The notes: generated from the letters alone by a model not told the origin. A DNA stretch of 64,000 nucleotides from an uncultured Aestuariivirga sp. (GCA_964408555.1 CAYOZR010000001.1:1416-65415); one strand, 5' to 3'; shown: positions 28,930 to 39,735, numbered from the stretch's first letter. Numbers and translations are program-made.

Positions 28930-30051
28930 ATGGCCAGCGACGTCGAGCTAGAGCGGGTCACGAAGTTGTATGGGAGCTTCAAGGCCGTCGACGACGTGTC
29001 CCTGAAGATCAGCAACGGCTCCTTTGTTTCGCTCCTCGGCCCGTCGGGAGCGGGCAAATCGACCGTGCTCCGCATGATCGGCGGCTTCGACTTTCCGGAT
29101 TTCGGCACGGTGAAGATCGGCGGCAGGGACGTGACGATGCTTCCGCCTTACCGGCGCGACGTCAACACCGTGTTCCAGAATTACGCACTTTTTCCTCATA
29201 TGAACGCGGCAGACAACGTCGCCTACGGGCTGCGGCAAGACCGCGTTCCGGCAGCGGAGCGACGTAAGCGGGTGCGCGAGGCGCTCGAGATGGTGGAGAT
29301 GCTCGGATTCGCGCATCGCCGGCCGACGGAACTCTCCGGCGGCCAGCAGCAGAGAATTGCGCTCGCGCGAGCATTGGTGAAGCGGCCCTCGGTGCTGCTC
29401 CTCGACGAACCCCTCGGCGCGCTCGACCGCAAGCTCCGGCAGCAAATGCAGGTCGAACTGAAGCTCTTACAGAACCAGCTCAACCTCACCTTCATCTTCG
29501 TCACGCATGACCAAGAAGAGGCGCTCGCCATGTCGGATTCGATCGCCGTCATGCGGAACGGGCGCATCGAACAGATCGGCAACCCAACGGAGCTCTATGA
29601 CGCGCCGCGGACGGCCTTCGTGGCAGGCTTCATCGGTGCACAAAATTTCATTGTCGGCGAGCACGATGGGGAAAGCAGCTTGTTTCGAAGCACCCAGGGT
29701 GTCGCGTTTGAGGCCCGGCGGGTAGCACCGGGGCTTCTGCCTGGCGCCCGCGCGCTCGGCGCTGTGCGGCCGGAGAACGTGGCGCTGTCGCAGAGCGAGC
29801 CTGCAGATTGCCGCAATCGGCTGCACGCGCGGGTAGCGGCCACGGTGATGCTCGGGGATACACTCGAATTCATTCTGCAGCTGCCGAGCGGCCGGGAGTT
29901 CATCAGCCGCGTTCCGCGGCGAGGCGCTTCGGTACCGCAGCAAGGCGCGGAAGTGTGGGCGTATTGGGCCCCCGAATTCTTCAGCCTCTTCCCTTACGAG
30001 GAGCTTCAGCCGGGCGCGTCCCACGCGGATTACACGACAGGTGAGGGCTAA
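28930..30051 (+). CDS. PotA-like ABC ATPase
   Basis: GPSGAGKST, VFQNYALFPHM, LSGGQQQR, LLDEP, TOBE tail. Confidence 0.92.
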   Translation: MASDVELERVTKLYGSFKAVDDVSLKISNGSFVSLLGPSGAGKSTVLRMIGGFDFPDFGTVKIGGRDVTMLPPYRRDVNTVFQNYALFPHMNAADNVAYGLRQDRVPAAERRKRVREALEMVEMLGFAHRRPTELSGGQQQRIALARALVKRPSVLLLDEPLGALDRKLRQQMQVELKLLQNQLNLTFIFVTHDQEEALAMSDSIAVMRNGRIEQIGNPTELYDAPRTAFVAGFIGAQNFIVGEHDGESSLFRSTQGVAFEARRVAPGLLPGARALGAVRPENVALSQSEPADCRNRLHARVAATVMLGDTLEFILQLPSGREFISRVPRRGASVPQQGAEVWAYWAPEFFSLFPYEELQPGASHADYTTGEG

Positions 30052-30052
30052 C

Positions 30053-30967
30053 ATGACCATCGCGCTCCCAGCGCAGCGGGCCCGCCGGTCGATTCTGCCG
30101 CGCTGGGTGATGGCTTGGCCGGCACTCTCTTGGTGGCTGGTCTTTTTCGTCATTCCACTGGCGTGGATCGTTCTCTACAGTTTCGGATCTAAACCAGAGG
30201 GAACGGCGAGCGGGCCTGTTTCCCTCGCGCAGCTCTCGACGGCCAATTACGCGGCGGCGACGAGTGAGATTTTCTTCCGCGTATTCCGGGCCACGATGCG
30301 CACCGCTGCCCTTGGCACGATTTGCTGCGCGCTAATCGGTTTTCCGGTGGCCTATGCATTGGCCACGCATGTCCCGGCGCGGTGGCGGTCCATTCTTCTC
30401 TTTCTGCTGATCCTACCCTACTGGACGAGCTTCCTGCTGCGGACTTTTGCTTGGCGCATCATCCTCGCGCCGGAGGGCACGCTGTCGCAGGCACTTAAGT
30501 ATCTCGGTATCATCGCGCAGCCACTCCTGATTCTTGACACGAGCGCGGCGGTGCAGCTTGGCATCATCTACAACTATCTGCCGGTTATGATCCTGCCCAT
30601 GTATGTCTCGCTCGAACGCATTGATCCCTCGCTCGTGAAAGCGAGCATGGACTTAGGCGCTGGGCCAATGCGTAGCTTCTTTCAGGTGACGCTACCGCTA
30701 GCCGCGCCGGGCGTTCTTGGTGGCCTGCTCATTACATTCATTCTCGCCGCTGGGGATTACGTCGTGCCGACAATTCTCGGCGGGGTGAAGGGGCTAATGG
30801 TGGGTAATCTCGTGGCGACGCAAATCCTCTCGGCGCAGAACCTTCCGCTCGGGGCCGCCATGGCCGTGATACTCATCGCCATGCTGGCGGCGGTCATCGC
30901 TATCGCGTCGGCCATCCTCTGGCTCGCCTCCCTCGTCTTCAGGAGCTTGCGAGGGCCATCGCTATGA
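30053..30967 (+). CDS. PotB-like ABC permease
   Basis: LPYWTSFLLR, YNYLP, ASMDLGA EAA loop. Confidence 0.9.
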   Translation: MTIALPAQRARRSILPRWVMAWPALSWWLVFFVIPLAWIVLYSFGSKPEGTASGPVSLAQLSTANYAAATSEIFFRVFRATMRTAALGTICCALIGFPVAYALATHVPARWRSILLFLLILPYWTSFLLRTFAWRIILAPEGTLSQALKYLGIIAQPLLILDTSAAVQLGIIYNYLPVMILPMYVSLERIDPSLVKASMDLGAGPMRSFFQVTLPLAAPGVLGGLLITFILAAGDYVVPTILGGVKGLMVGNLVATQILSAQNLPLGAAMAVILIAMLAAVIAIASAILWLASLVFRSLRGPSL

Positions 30968-31794
30968 ACCCGCGGCCCAATCAACGGTCCGTGGACTACG
31001 GCCGGATCTTCTTCCTCGCATGGGCTGTCGCCGTGTTCCTGTTCCTCTTCCTTCCGATTGTCGTCATAGTTGTCTACAGCTTCAATGGCGGGCGCAATCT
31101 CTATGTGTGGGCGGAGTTTTCGACGCGCTGGTACGGCGCGGCGCTCGACAATCCGCGCGTACTGAGCGCGTTGGCGGTTTCGCTCAAGACGGCGCTCATT
31201 AATGCGGTCATCGCAGTCGCGCTCGGCGTCTTTGCCGGCATCGCGCTCGCCCGCCGCAGAGGAGTCTGGACCGCGCCCTATCTCGCGCTCATCTTCGTGA
31301 TTCTGGGCACGCCGGAGCTCGTCTCCGCCATCGGGCAAATGGTCTGGCTTGACAGAATCGGCATTTATAACGGCATCGCGCGGCTGTCGATCGGCCACTC
31401 TCTGTTCAACGTCGCGGTGGTCGCGCTGATCGTGCGCGCCCGGGCTCAGGGCGTGGGCGAAACGCTGGAGCAGGCCGCCGGGGATCTCGGCGCGGTTCCC
31501 TGGCGCGGTTTCATCGACATTACCTTGCCACTGATGTTCCCCGCCGTTCTGGCCGGACTGCTGCTTTCGTTCACCTTCTCCTTCGACGACGTGATCATCT
31601 CTGTCTTCGTGCAGCGGCCGGGAACCTCGACTTTGCCGCTCTACATCCTGTCCTCCTTCAAGGCGGGCCTGAAGGGTGATGTGGCGGCAATCGCGGTGAT
31701 GACGCTCGCCATCAGTGTTTTGGGAATTGGGATCGCGGCGCGGCTGCTCGCCCGGGGTGGGCGTGGACGGGTGCTCGGCGGCCTTTTCGGTTAA
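30964..31794 (+). CDS. PotC-like ABC permease
   Basis: YSFN, LEQAAGDLGA, FTFSFDD, TLP. Confidence 0.9.
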   Translation: MNPRPNQRSVDYGRIFFLAWAVAVFLFLFLPIVVIVVYSFNGGRNLYVWAEFSTRWYGAALDNPRVLSALAVSLKTALINAVIAVALGVFAGIALARRRGVWTAPYLALIFVILGTPELVSAIGQMVWLDRIGIYNGIARLSIGHSLFNVAVVALIVRARAQGVGETLEQAAGDLGAVPWRGFIDITLPLMFPAVLAGLLLSFTFSFDDVIISVFVQRPGTSTLPLYILSSFKAGLKGDVAAIAVMTLAISVLGIGIAARLLARGGRGRVLGGLFG

Positions 31795-31938
31795 TTGGAT
31801 CTTAGTTTGATCTACCCCCAATGGAGAGGTCCAATCCAAGTCTCTCGGACTCCGTTCGCCCGAGATCGAGTTATCGGCAACTGCGCGGCAAGGCATTTCC
31901 GGCTGATGTCATCTATTTGTAAAATCGCTTGCAATAGT

Positions 31939-33597
31939 GGGTCTGACTCAATCTCGATGAAGTTTGGTGGTGGCGTGGTGCTGTTTTCTGAAAGGAATCA
32001 GCGTCATGCAGCCATTGTTCCGGATTTCGTCCTTGATCCCAGGCGGATTTGCTGTGCAGGGGGTGGACCGCACTGAGGAATCGATTGTTGTTAGGGCTCA
32101 GTCCGAGGCCCGGGCCGCTACTTGCCCAATCTGTGGGTTGGTGTCGCGGCGCATTCACAGCCGTTATGTCCGGCATGTGTCGGATCTTCCCTGCTCGGGT
32201 CGTCGGGTCCAACTTCATGTCATGACGCGCCGCTTTGTTTGCGAAACGCCCCATTGCCGAGGGCGGATATTCGCCGAACGTTTCGGTGATGGCGTGCTTC
32301 CGGAACGGTCGCGCCGGACGGCACGGCTGGAGTGCATCGTCCATCATCTCGGGCTGGCTCTCGGCGGCAGGCCAGCTGCAAGTTTCGCCAAGCGTTTGAT
32401 GCTGCCCGTCAGCAATGATACATTGCTGCGGGTTGTGCGCCGGCGTTGCCGCCCGCGAAACGAGCCTCTGATTGTCGCCGGCATCGATGACTGGGCCTTC
32501 CGCCGCAATCACCGCTATGGAACGATTGTGTGCGATCTCGAGCGGCGGCGGATCGTGACACTCTTGCCCGATCGCGAGATCGCGACGGTTGAGGCCTGGC
32601 TCCGTAATCACCCAGAGATCGGAATCCTGTCGCGCGACCGTGGCGGTGGCTATGGCGAGGCTGCCAGCAAGGCATTACCCCATGCCATCCAAGTTGCCGA
32701 CCGCTGGCACCTGATGGAGAACGCCAGTGCCGCCTTCCTCGACGCCGTGCACAAATCCATGCGGCCGATCCGCTCTGCCATCGGAGCAACGGTCATCAAT
32801 CCCGAGCTGCTCACCTGCGCTGAAAGGCTTCAATATGAAGGTTTTCTACGACGGGAGGAGACCAATGCCGCGATCCTGGCGCTCGCCAAGGACGGCATCC
32901 CGATCAAGCAGATCGTCCGCCGAACTGGGCACAGCCGCAAGCTCGTCCGGCAGATCATCCGGGGAGAACGGACAGATATCTTCCGCACCAGGCAGTGCTC
33001 GATCGCTGCCCAGCTGCCGTTCCTTGATGCCCAATGGGCCAGTGGCTGCCACAATGGTGCCGAGCTCTGGCGCCGCCTGAGAGGTCAAGGCTTTCGTGGT
33101 TCCTCCCGTGTTGTCAGCGAATGGGCGACCCGGCGCCGGCGAGCCGAGAAGGCGACCGACCAGCAACTTCAGAAAGTGCCCTCGGCCCGCACGATTGCCC
33201 GCCTGATGACGACGGCTCGCGATCATTTGAGCAAGTCCAATACCGTCACCATCGCGGCCATTGAGGCTGGCGTTCCTTTCCTCGTTCAGGCCCGCACGCT
33301 CATCGACAGGTTCCACACCATGGTCCGCAAACGGACTGAGGCAGAGCTCGATCCATGGATCACGGAAGCCCGGGCAAGTCTGATCGCGTCATTTGCCGCG
33401 GGAGTCGGCAACGACAAAGCTGCCGTCCATGCTGCCATTACCGAGCCCTGGTCGAACGGCCAGACCGAAGGTCAGATCACAAAACTCAAGCTGGTCAAAC
33501 GGCAGATGTATGGCCGAGCGAAGATCGACCTTCTTCAAGCCCGATTGATCGGTGCAGCATGATCCCACTCAATCGTCATCGAGATTGAGTCAGACCC
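31939..33597 (+). mobile_element. ISL3-family insertion sequence
   Basis: Perfect 22-bp terminal IR GGGTCTGACTCAATCTCGATGA at 31939-31960 and 33576-33597; no matching 8-bp TSD. Confidence 0.92.
32006..33562 (+). CDS. ISL3 family transposase
   Basis: CPICG zinc finger, GIDDWA, SRDR, ADRWHL, SNGQTEG..KLKLVKRQMYGR. Confidence 0.95.
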   Translation: MQPLFRISSLIPGGFAVQGVDRTEESIVVRAQSEARAATCPICGLVSRRIHSRYVRHVSDLPCSGRRVQLHVMTRRFVCETPHCRGRIFAERFGDGVLPERSRRTARLECIVHHLGLALGGRPAASFAKRLMLPVSNDTLLRVVRRRCRPRNEPLIVAGIDDWAFRRNHRYGTIVCDLERRRIVTLLPDREIATVEAWLRNHPEIGILSRDRGGGYGEAASKALPHAIQVADRWHLMENASAAFLDAVHKSMRPIRSAIGATVINPELLTCAERLQYEGFLRREETNAAILALAKDGIPIKQIVRRTGHSRKLVRQIIRGERTDIFRTRQCSIAAQLPFLDAQWASGCHNGAELWRRLRGQGFRGSSRVVSEWATRRRRAEKATDQQLQKVPSARTIARLMTTARDHLSKSNTVTIAAIEAGVPFLVQARTLIDRFHTMVRKRTEAELDPWITEARASLIASFAAGVGNDKAAVHAAITEPWSNGQTEGQITKLKLVKRQMYGRAKIDLLQARLIGAA

Positions 33598-33784
33598 GCA
33601 GTTCAAAGCGAATTGACAATTATGCAGCTTTGATGCGCGATCAAGCTCAACGGCGTCGAGCCCTTTGCCCGCCGAAGGGCGTTCAGGATCAACCGGCCCA
33701 GTTCACCCAGTTTGAATAGCTTGGACCGCTTGCGGGCGTTCTTCGGCTTGATGGAACCGACACGGTACGCCGGATCGAATAGGG

Positions 33785-34822
33785 CTAACTTCGCCCGTTT
33801 GTCGCCGACATACGCATGATTTCTGGGCGGACAATGCGGCCCTGCGTGTTACGGAAGGACTGACGGAACGCGCGTGGCGATTGCCCGAACTGGGCTTTAA
33901 AGGCACGAGTGAACACGGATGGATAGGAAAAACCGCAAGCTATAGCGATGTCTTTGATTTCTCCCTCTTCATAGAAGAGCAGATTCCTCGCGGCCTGCAG
34001 GCGCACCAAAAGGTAAAGTTGCGTTGGTGTCTGACCAAATTGCTTCACACAATATCTCTCAAGCGTGCGTACCGAAATGCCGAGATGTTTGGAGAGCGAC
34101 TTTGGGCTCAGCGGAAAATCGAGATGGTTCTCCATAAGCGAGATAAGTTGGCGCGAAAGGGACTGTTGTGCATCGGCGGATGAGTCGTCCGTGCGTTGTG
34201 GATGGGTGCCATCCCGGGGCGTATGGATGAGCGCGTTCGCCACTTCGCGCGCCAGTGCCGTGCCGCGCAGTCGACCAATGAGTTCGAGCATGAGATCGAG
34301 CATTCCAACGCCTCCGGCGGAGAATGCTATCTGTTTGTCGATGAGGAATAGCCTGCTCTCGATCTCAGCGTCTGGAAAATGCTCCAGATAGGCAGGCATC
34401 GCCTCCCAGTGAAGCACAAGCTTGCGATCGCCCGTCAAGCCGGCCCGCGCGAGCGCGAACGCGCCCGTATCGACCGCGATGACCATCGATCCGTGGTGAT
34501 AGGCATTGCGCAGAGCGGAGAGGAGATGCGGCGAATTGTTCTGTGTAGGAAGATTGCCCTCGAACAGGATGAGGAAATCGCAGCGCGGCAGCGATGCAAG
34601 ATCGCTTTGCGCAGAGACCCACATACCGTTGCTGGCGCGCACCGGTTCGCCTGAATCGGACACCAAAACCCACTCAAAAAACTCCTGTCCGCTGTTCTGG
34701 TTGGCGATGCGCAGAGCTTCCGTCGCCAGAATAAACGCGTTTATCGGAAACTCCGGCTGGAGGATGAATACAAATTTCTGATGGGGCACCACAGCGGGCA
34801 TGGCTGAAACGATATCAATCAT
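33785..34822 (-). CDS. GlxA-family (DJ-1/AraC) transcriptional regulator
   Basis: EALRIAN, DTGAFALARAGL, HWE, C-terminal AraC HTH (IAIACGF..FTRAFK). Confidence 0.9.
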   Translation of the reverse strand: MIDIVSAMPAVVPHQKFVFILQPEFPINAFILATEALRIANQNSGQEFFEWVLVSDSGEPVRASNGMWVSAQSDLASLPRCDFLILFEGNLPTQNNSPHLLSALRNAYHHGSMVIAVDTGAFALARAGLTGDRKLVLHWEAMPAYLEHFPDAEIESRLFLIDKQIAFSAGGVGMLDLMLELIGRLRGTALAREVANALIHTPRDGTHPQRTDDSSADAQQSLSRQLISLMENHLDFPLSPKSLSKHLGISVRTLERYCVKQFGQTPTQLYLLVRLQAARNLLFYEEGEIKDIAIACGFSYPSVFTRAFKAQFGQSPRAFRQSFRNTQGRIVRPEIMRMSATNGRS

Positions 34823-35034
34823 CGCGACTCACCTAGACCACGGCACAAACCAAACATAAATGACGCGCCATGCAAATTTACTGTCGCGTAGCATCAACCA
34901 ATTCAGCATCAGTTGTCAAATACTCTGTTTATGCCGCATCCTTGAGTGCATCGGAAGCGCGGCTATAAAAACGTAAAAATGGCTCGAAGCAAAACGAGGC
35001 ATGCGAGAGATCGTATGTCAACAGGGAGACTGAC

Positions 35035-36375
35035 ATGCTTGGGAAGACAACATTGAGTGGATTGCCGGCCCTAAACCGGCGCGGACTTCTGAAGTCCGCG
35101 GGTGCCGCCGCCGCATTACTGGCTGTACCCCAGATTACCACACGCCGGGCATCCGCCGGAAATCCGATCGAGATCATACATTGGAGCTGGCTTGCCGCGT
35201 CGGACGGCGAAGTTTGGGCCAAAATGATTGCCGCCTTCAACGAGGCACACAAGGACAAGGGCGTCCAGATCAAAATGGAACTGGTGCCTGAAGAGCAGTA
35301 TGTCACCAAAGTGTTGGCTGCCACAGCAAGTGGCATTGCACCCGACTTTGGCTGGGGTACCGCCGGCAAAGCCGCGCAGCTCGCGCGCGACGAAGTCATT
35401 GTTCCTCTCGACGATCTCGTGGCGAAGACAGGACTCGACATTGCCGACTTCAGTGCGTCTTCGATCTCGGCATCGCGCTATCCGAAATACGACAACAAGA
35501 TGTTCATGATCCCGATGGATGGAATGAGCCTGCAACCGGAGATCAATCTCGATCACGTCAAGGAAGCAGGTTTAGATCCAGACAAACTGCCGATGGATGG
35601 CAAAACGCTGCTAGAATGGGCGGCAGCGATGACCAAGCGCGAGGGTGAAAAGGTCACTCGCTCGGGCATCATGATGACCGGCTCCGGCGTTCAGCCGACC
35701 GTTACTTGGGGCATCGTTGCCGAACAAATGGGCTTCCAGCGTGCCAGCGATGATCTCAAGACGGCCTGCGTAAATCCCGAAGCGGGCAAGCAAGCAATGC
35801 AGTGGGTGCTCGATCTGTTCGACAAGCACAAGGTTTCGACGCGCGATGTCACCGACCGTTACAAGGCCTTCGGCACTGGCCAAGGCTCCATCTTCTGGAC
35901 CGGACCATGGACACTCAACGGTTATGTGGGTCAGAAGCTCAACTTTAAGACAGGCCTGTTTCCCAAGATCGGCGACAAGCACATCACTTATTTTGAATTG
36001 GGCGGGCTGGAGCTTTACAAGCAAGCCGACACGAGCCGCTATGAAGCGACGATGCAGGCCGTCAAATGGCTGTCGGATAACAGCTTCTTGTGGACAACCG
36101 CGGGCCGCGGAGCAAGCCCTCGTAAATCGATCCTTGATCGCCCGGAGTACAAGACGACAGGAAACTCATGGGAGGTGCGCGGCGCCTTTGTCGATGGCAT
36201 GAACATCGCCACAATTGGTGAAATCCCGGTCGTCAACGGACCGAATTTTACGATCTATTCGGGCGGTAACTTCTTGGCCAAGACACTCGAAGGCGTATGG
36301 TCGGGACAGACCACGATCGACGAGGCCATGACGCAGATACAAACGCAATGGCAGGCCGATCTCGACGAGGGCTAA
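35035..36375 (+). CDS. Carbohydrate-type ABC substrate-binding protein, Tat signal
   Basis: NRRGLLK twin-Arg signal, FNEAH, APD, GPW motifs of CUT1 SBPs. Confidence 0.85.
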   Translation: MLGKTTLSGLPALNRRGLLKSAGAAAALLAVPQITTRRASAGNPIEIIHWSWLAASDGEVWAKMIAAFNEAHKDKGVQIKMELVPEEQYVTKVLAATASGIAPDFGWGTAGKAAQLARDEVIVPLDDLVAKTGLDIADFSASSISASRYPKYDNKMFMIPMDGMSLQPEINLDHVKEAGLDPDKLPMDGKTLLEWAAAMTKREGEKVTRSGIMMTGSGVQPTVTWGIVAEQMGFQRASDDLKTACVNPEAGKQAMQWVLDLFDKHKVSTRDVTDRYKAFGTGQGSIFWTGPWTLNGYVGQKLNFKTGLFPKIGDKHITYFELGGLELYKQADTSRYEATMQAVKWLSDNSFLWTTAGRGASPRKSILDRPEYKTTGNSWEVRGAFVDGMNIATIGEIPVVNGPNFTIYSGGNFLAKTLEGVWSGQTTIDEAMTQIQTQWQADLDEG

Positions 36376-36390
36376 TTCTATCCTCCCCCT

Positions 36391-36420
36391 GGCGCCATCA
36401 CCGTTTTCGGTGGTGGCGCT
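36391..36420 (+). terminator. Intercistronic hairpin after SBP gene
   Basis: GGCGCCATCACCG-TTTT-CGGTGGTGGCGCT followed by TCTTT. Confidence 0.55.
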
Positions 36421-36460
36421 TCTTTCCTGAACTCTCGCTAACAATTGAGATTAAATAAGC

Positions 36461-37363
36461 ATGAGTTCGGTTGTCGAAAATTCCAAACATTCCCGTAAGC
36501 TGCATGCGCGCGACACCGACAAAGTCGGCTATGTCATGGTCGGCTTTTTTGCTCTACCTTTTTTCCTGTTCAATATCCTGCCAGTCCTATTCGGCTTTTA
36601 TGTCGCCTTCACGAGATGGTCCATCATTGGCGCGCCGAAATGGGTCGGAATCAATAACTTTACCAGAGCCTTCAACGACCAGTGGGTCGCCGTCGCTTTC
36701 AAGAACATCTTCCTTTACAGCCTCATCATTGTGCCTTGTGTAACGGGCCTCGGTCTCCTCTTCGCTCTTTTCGTTAACAAGGGCTATCCGTTGTCAAGTG
36801 TTGCACGCACCTTGTTCTTCGCCCCAATGGTAGTCTCGGCGACGGTGATTGGTCTCGTCTGGGTCTGGCTGCTCGACACCCAGTTCGGACTGATCAACCA
36901 CTATCTGTCGTTTCTCGGCATCGACGATATTCCCTGGCTCACCTCGACGAAATGGTCTTTCATTGGTGTCAGCATTGCGTCCATATGGTGGGATCTAGGG
37001 CTTGCCTTCGTCTTGTTCCTGGCGGCTCTTCAGGACATTCCAGGCGAGATCAATGACGCTGCGATTGTCGATGGCGCAAATCGCTGGCAGCGTTTCCGTT
37101 ATATTATTTTGCCACATATTCGGCCGGTACTCAGTATGGTCGTCACCTTGCAATTGATTTCGACGTTGCGCATCTTCAGCCAAGTCTACGTCATGACCAA
37201 TGGTGGGCCGGCAGGATCCTCCTCTTCACCGATCCATTACATCTACAGTATTGCGATCGTGCGCAATCTCTTCGGTTATGCATCTGCAATCGCCATTCTG
37301 CTGTTCGCTTTGATCCTCGTGATCACTTTCGCTCAGCGTTTCCTGCTCAAGGAGCGTGTCTGA
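36461..37363 (+). CDS. Carbohydrate ABC permease
   Basis: LAALQDIP..DAAIVDGA, MTNGGP, FGYASA. Confidence 0.92.
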   Translation: MSSVVENSKHSRKLHARDTDKVGYVMVGFFALPFFLFNILPVLFGFYVAFTRWSIIGAPKWVGINNFTRAFNDQWVAVAFKNIFLYSLIIVPCVTGLGLLFALFVNKGYPLSSVARTLFFAPMVVSATVIGLVWVWLLDTQFGLINHYLSFLGIDDIPWLTSTKWSFIGVSIASIWWDLGLAFVLFLAALQDIPGEINDAAIVDGANRWQRFRYIILPHIRPVLSMVVTLQLISTLRIFSQVYVMTNGGPAGSSSSPIHYIYSIAIVRNLFGYASAIAILLFALILVITFAQRFLLKERV

Positions 37364-38229
37364 TGCGCAAATGGCTTGAACGCGAACTGGAAACACGCCG
37401 ACTGAACATGCTCGACCTCGTTATCTGGCCGGTGGGAATGGTCGTAGCCTTTCTCTGGGCCTTGCCATTTGTGTGGATGGTGTCGACCTCGTTCAAATAT
37501 CCCGCCGACGTGATGACAAAGGAAATTGAGTGGTTCCCAAGCCGGATCACGTTGGACAACTATGTAAAGGTCTTCGAGTATCCAGTGGTTCGCTGGGGCG
37601 TCAACAGTCTGATTCAGGCAGGGGTCTCGACTGCGCTCTGCGTGCTCTTTGGAGCAATGGCCGGCTATGCGCTGGCTCGCATGCATTTCCCCGGTCGTAC
37701 CGCGCTGTTTGCTATTTTCCTCGCTTCAATGATGATTCCGGCCGAAATTTCAGTGATTCCGCTTCTCCTCGTTTTTATAAATGTAGGATGGGCGAGCAGC
37801 TATCAGGCGTTGATTCTGCCAGCGATCGGAAATGTCTTCAGTGTCTACATCTTCCGTCAGTTCTTTCTGAACTTTCCAGTCGAACTCGAAGAAGCGGCCA
37901 AGCTGGATGGGGCGGGGCCGTTTAACTTGTTCTTTCGTATTGCGCTGCCCTTAGCGCGTGCACCAGCAATTGCCGCATCGGTCATTATCTTTACACTCAA
38001 CTGGAACAGTTTTCTTTGGCCGCTCCTTGTCACCTTCGATGAAAGCATGAAGACCTTGCCAGTCGGCATCGCTGCCTTCACGCCAGTCGTGGGGACACGC
38101 ACCCAGATTGAGGGCTATAGCGTCGCAATGGCGGCAGTCACGATTCTCAGTATTCCCAGTCTTCTCCTGTTCTACTTCTTGCAACGGTACTTCATCCAAG
38201 GCATTTCTCAGGGAAGCGTCAAACAATGA
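37363..38229 (+). CDS. Carbohydrate ABC permease
   Basis: AGYALAR, ELEEAAKLDGA, WNSFLWP. Confidence 0.92.
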   Translation: MRKWLERELETRRLNMLDLVIWPVGMVVAFLWALPFVWMVSTSFKYPADVMTKEIEWFPSRITLDNYVKVFEYPVVRWGVNSLIQAGVSTALCVLFGAMAGYALARMHFPGRTALFAIFLASMMIPAEISVIPLLLVFINVGWASSYQALILPAIGNVFSVYIFRQFFLNFPVELEEAAKLDGAGPFNLFFRIALPLARAPAIAASVIIFTLNWNSFLWPLLVTFDESMKTLPVGIAAFTPVVGTRTQIEGYSVAMAAVTILSIPSLLLFYFLQRYFIQGISQGSVKQ

Positions 38230-39695
38230 CCGACAGGAAATATTTTCGCCAGGATTTGACATGCGATCTTCCCGATGCGCATTTCATTGACGGATCACGC
38301 CGCAAGGCGGTTGCTGGAGAAACATTTCCCACCGTCGATCCAAGCACGGAAGATGTACTCACAGAGGTCGCGCGCGGGCGTGGCGGCGATATCGACGCGG
38401 CCGTGAACGCAGCCGATCGCGCGCAGCGCGGCGATTGGCGCAAGGTCACACCAGCGGAGCGTGGGCGCCTTATTTTTCGGCTCGCAGATGCGCTTGAAAT
38501 CGATGCGCAACGGTTTGCCCTTATGGAAACGCTGGACGTTGGCAAACCCGTCAAGGAATCGCTTGGCGACATAAGGGGCGTATGCGCGACGTTACGTTAC
38601 AATGCTGGCGCCGCCGACAAGATGGAAGGCGCCACAATCCCCCTCGGACGCGATTTCATCGATTTCACGTTGCTAGAGCCGGTCGGCGTGACCGCCCACA
38701 TCCTACCGTGGAATTATCCGCTCGGCATGCTCGCCCGCTCCGTTGCACCGGCGCTGGCTGCCGGCTGCACGGCGGTGATCAAGCCCGCCGAACAGTCGCC
38801 TCTAACCGCGCTGGCCTTTGCGGAGCTTTGCCACAAAGTTGGCTTTCCGTCTGGCGTGGTGAATGCAGTTGCGGGTTACGGCGAAGAGGCCGGTGCCGCA
38901 CTCGTCTCCCATGCCTTGATCCGGGGCGTGACCTTCACGGGATCGGTGGAGACCGGCCGCAAGATCTACACCAATGCCGCGCAGACACTTAAGCCTGTCG
39001 TTCTTGAGCTCGGCGGCAAGAATCCGATGATCGTGCTGGAGGATGCCGACCTTGAGCGCGCCGCGTTCGATGCTGTCGATGGTGCTTTCGGGAATAGCGG
39101 TCAAGTATGTTCGTCCGCATCGCGTTTCCTACTGCATCGTTCCATCAGCGAGGAATTTCTCGACCGCCTGGCGGCGCATGCGAGGAGACTTGGCATCGGG
39201 CCTGGCCTCGACAATCTCGATCTCGGTCCTCTTGTATCCGAGGAACAATACAACAAGGTCCAGGCGTATCTCGATGTGGGGCGTAAAGCCGGTGCACGGA
39301 TCAGGCTTGGCGGCGCGCGCCCTGCTGGTCTCGATCGCGGCTATTTTATCTCTCCCACCATTATCGACAAGGTCGAGGCCGGCAATGCGCTGGCGCGGGA
39401 GGAGATTTTTGGCCCCGTGGCTGTGGCGCAAATATTTGATGATCAAAATGAGGCGATGCGGCTTGCCAATGGCCTTGGCTATGGGCTGGTGGCGGGCGTC
39501 TACAGCCGGGACATTTCGCGCGCGCTGAGGCTGGCGCGTGATCTGGAGGCCGGATCCATCTGGATCAATGGCTGGTTTATCGGCGGAGTCCAGGCTCCGA
39601 CGGGCGGGACCAAAGACAGTGGCATCGGTCGTGAACGTGGGCTGCCGGGAATCCGCAACTATCTCAGCATCAAGAATATCGGAATTCGGCTTTGA
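38226..39695 (+). CDS. Aldehyde dehydrogenase family protein
   Basis: PWNYP, FTGS, LELGGK, GQVC, EEIFGP. Confidence 0.95.
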   Translation: MTDRKYFRQDLTCDLPDAHFIDGSRRKAVAGETFPTVDPSTEDVLTEVARGRGGDIDAAVNAADRAQRGDWRKVTPAERGRLIFRLADALEIDAQRFALMETLDVGKPVKESLGDIRGVCATLRYNAGAADKMEGATIPLGRDFIDFTLLEPVGVTAHILPWNYPLGMLARSVAPALAAGCTAVIKPAEQSPLTALAFAELCHKVGFPSGVVNAVAGYGEEAGAALVSHALIRGVTFTGSVETGRKIYTNAAQTLKPVVLELGGKNPMIVLEDADLERAAFDAVDGAFGNSGQVCSSASRFLLHRSISEEFLDRLAAHARRLGIGPGLDNLDLGPLVSEEQYNKVQAYLDVGRKAGARIRLGGARPAGLDRGYFISPTIIDKVEAGNALAREEIFGPVAVAQIFDDQNEAMRLANGLGYGLVAGVYSRDISRALRLARDLEAGSIWINGWFIGGVQAPTGGTKDSGIGRERGLPGIRNYLSIKNIGIRL

Positions 39696-39735
39696 CGCCC
39701 AAGACAATACTGAACCCAAAGAGGACAAATCACAA

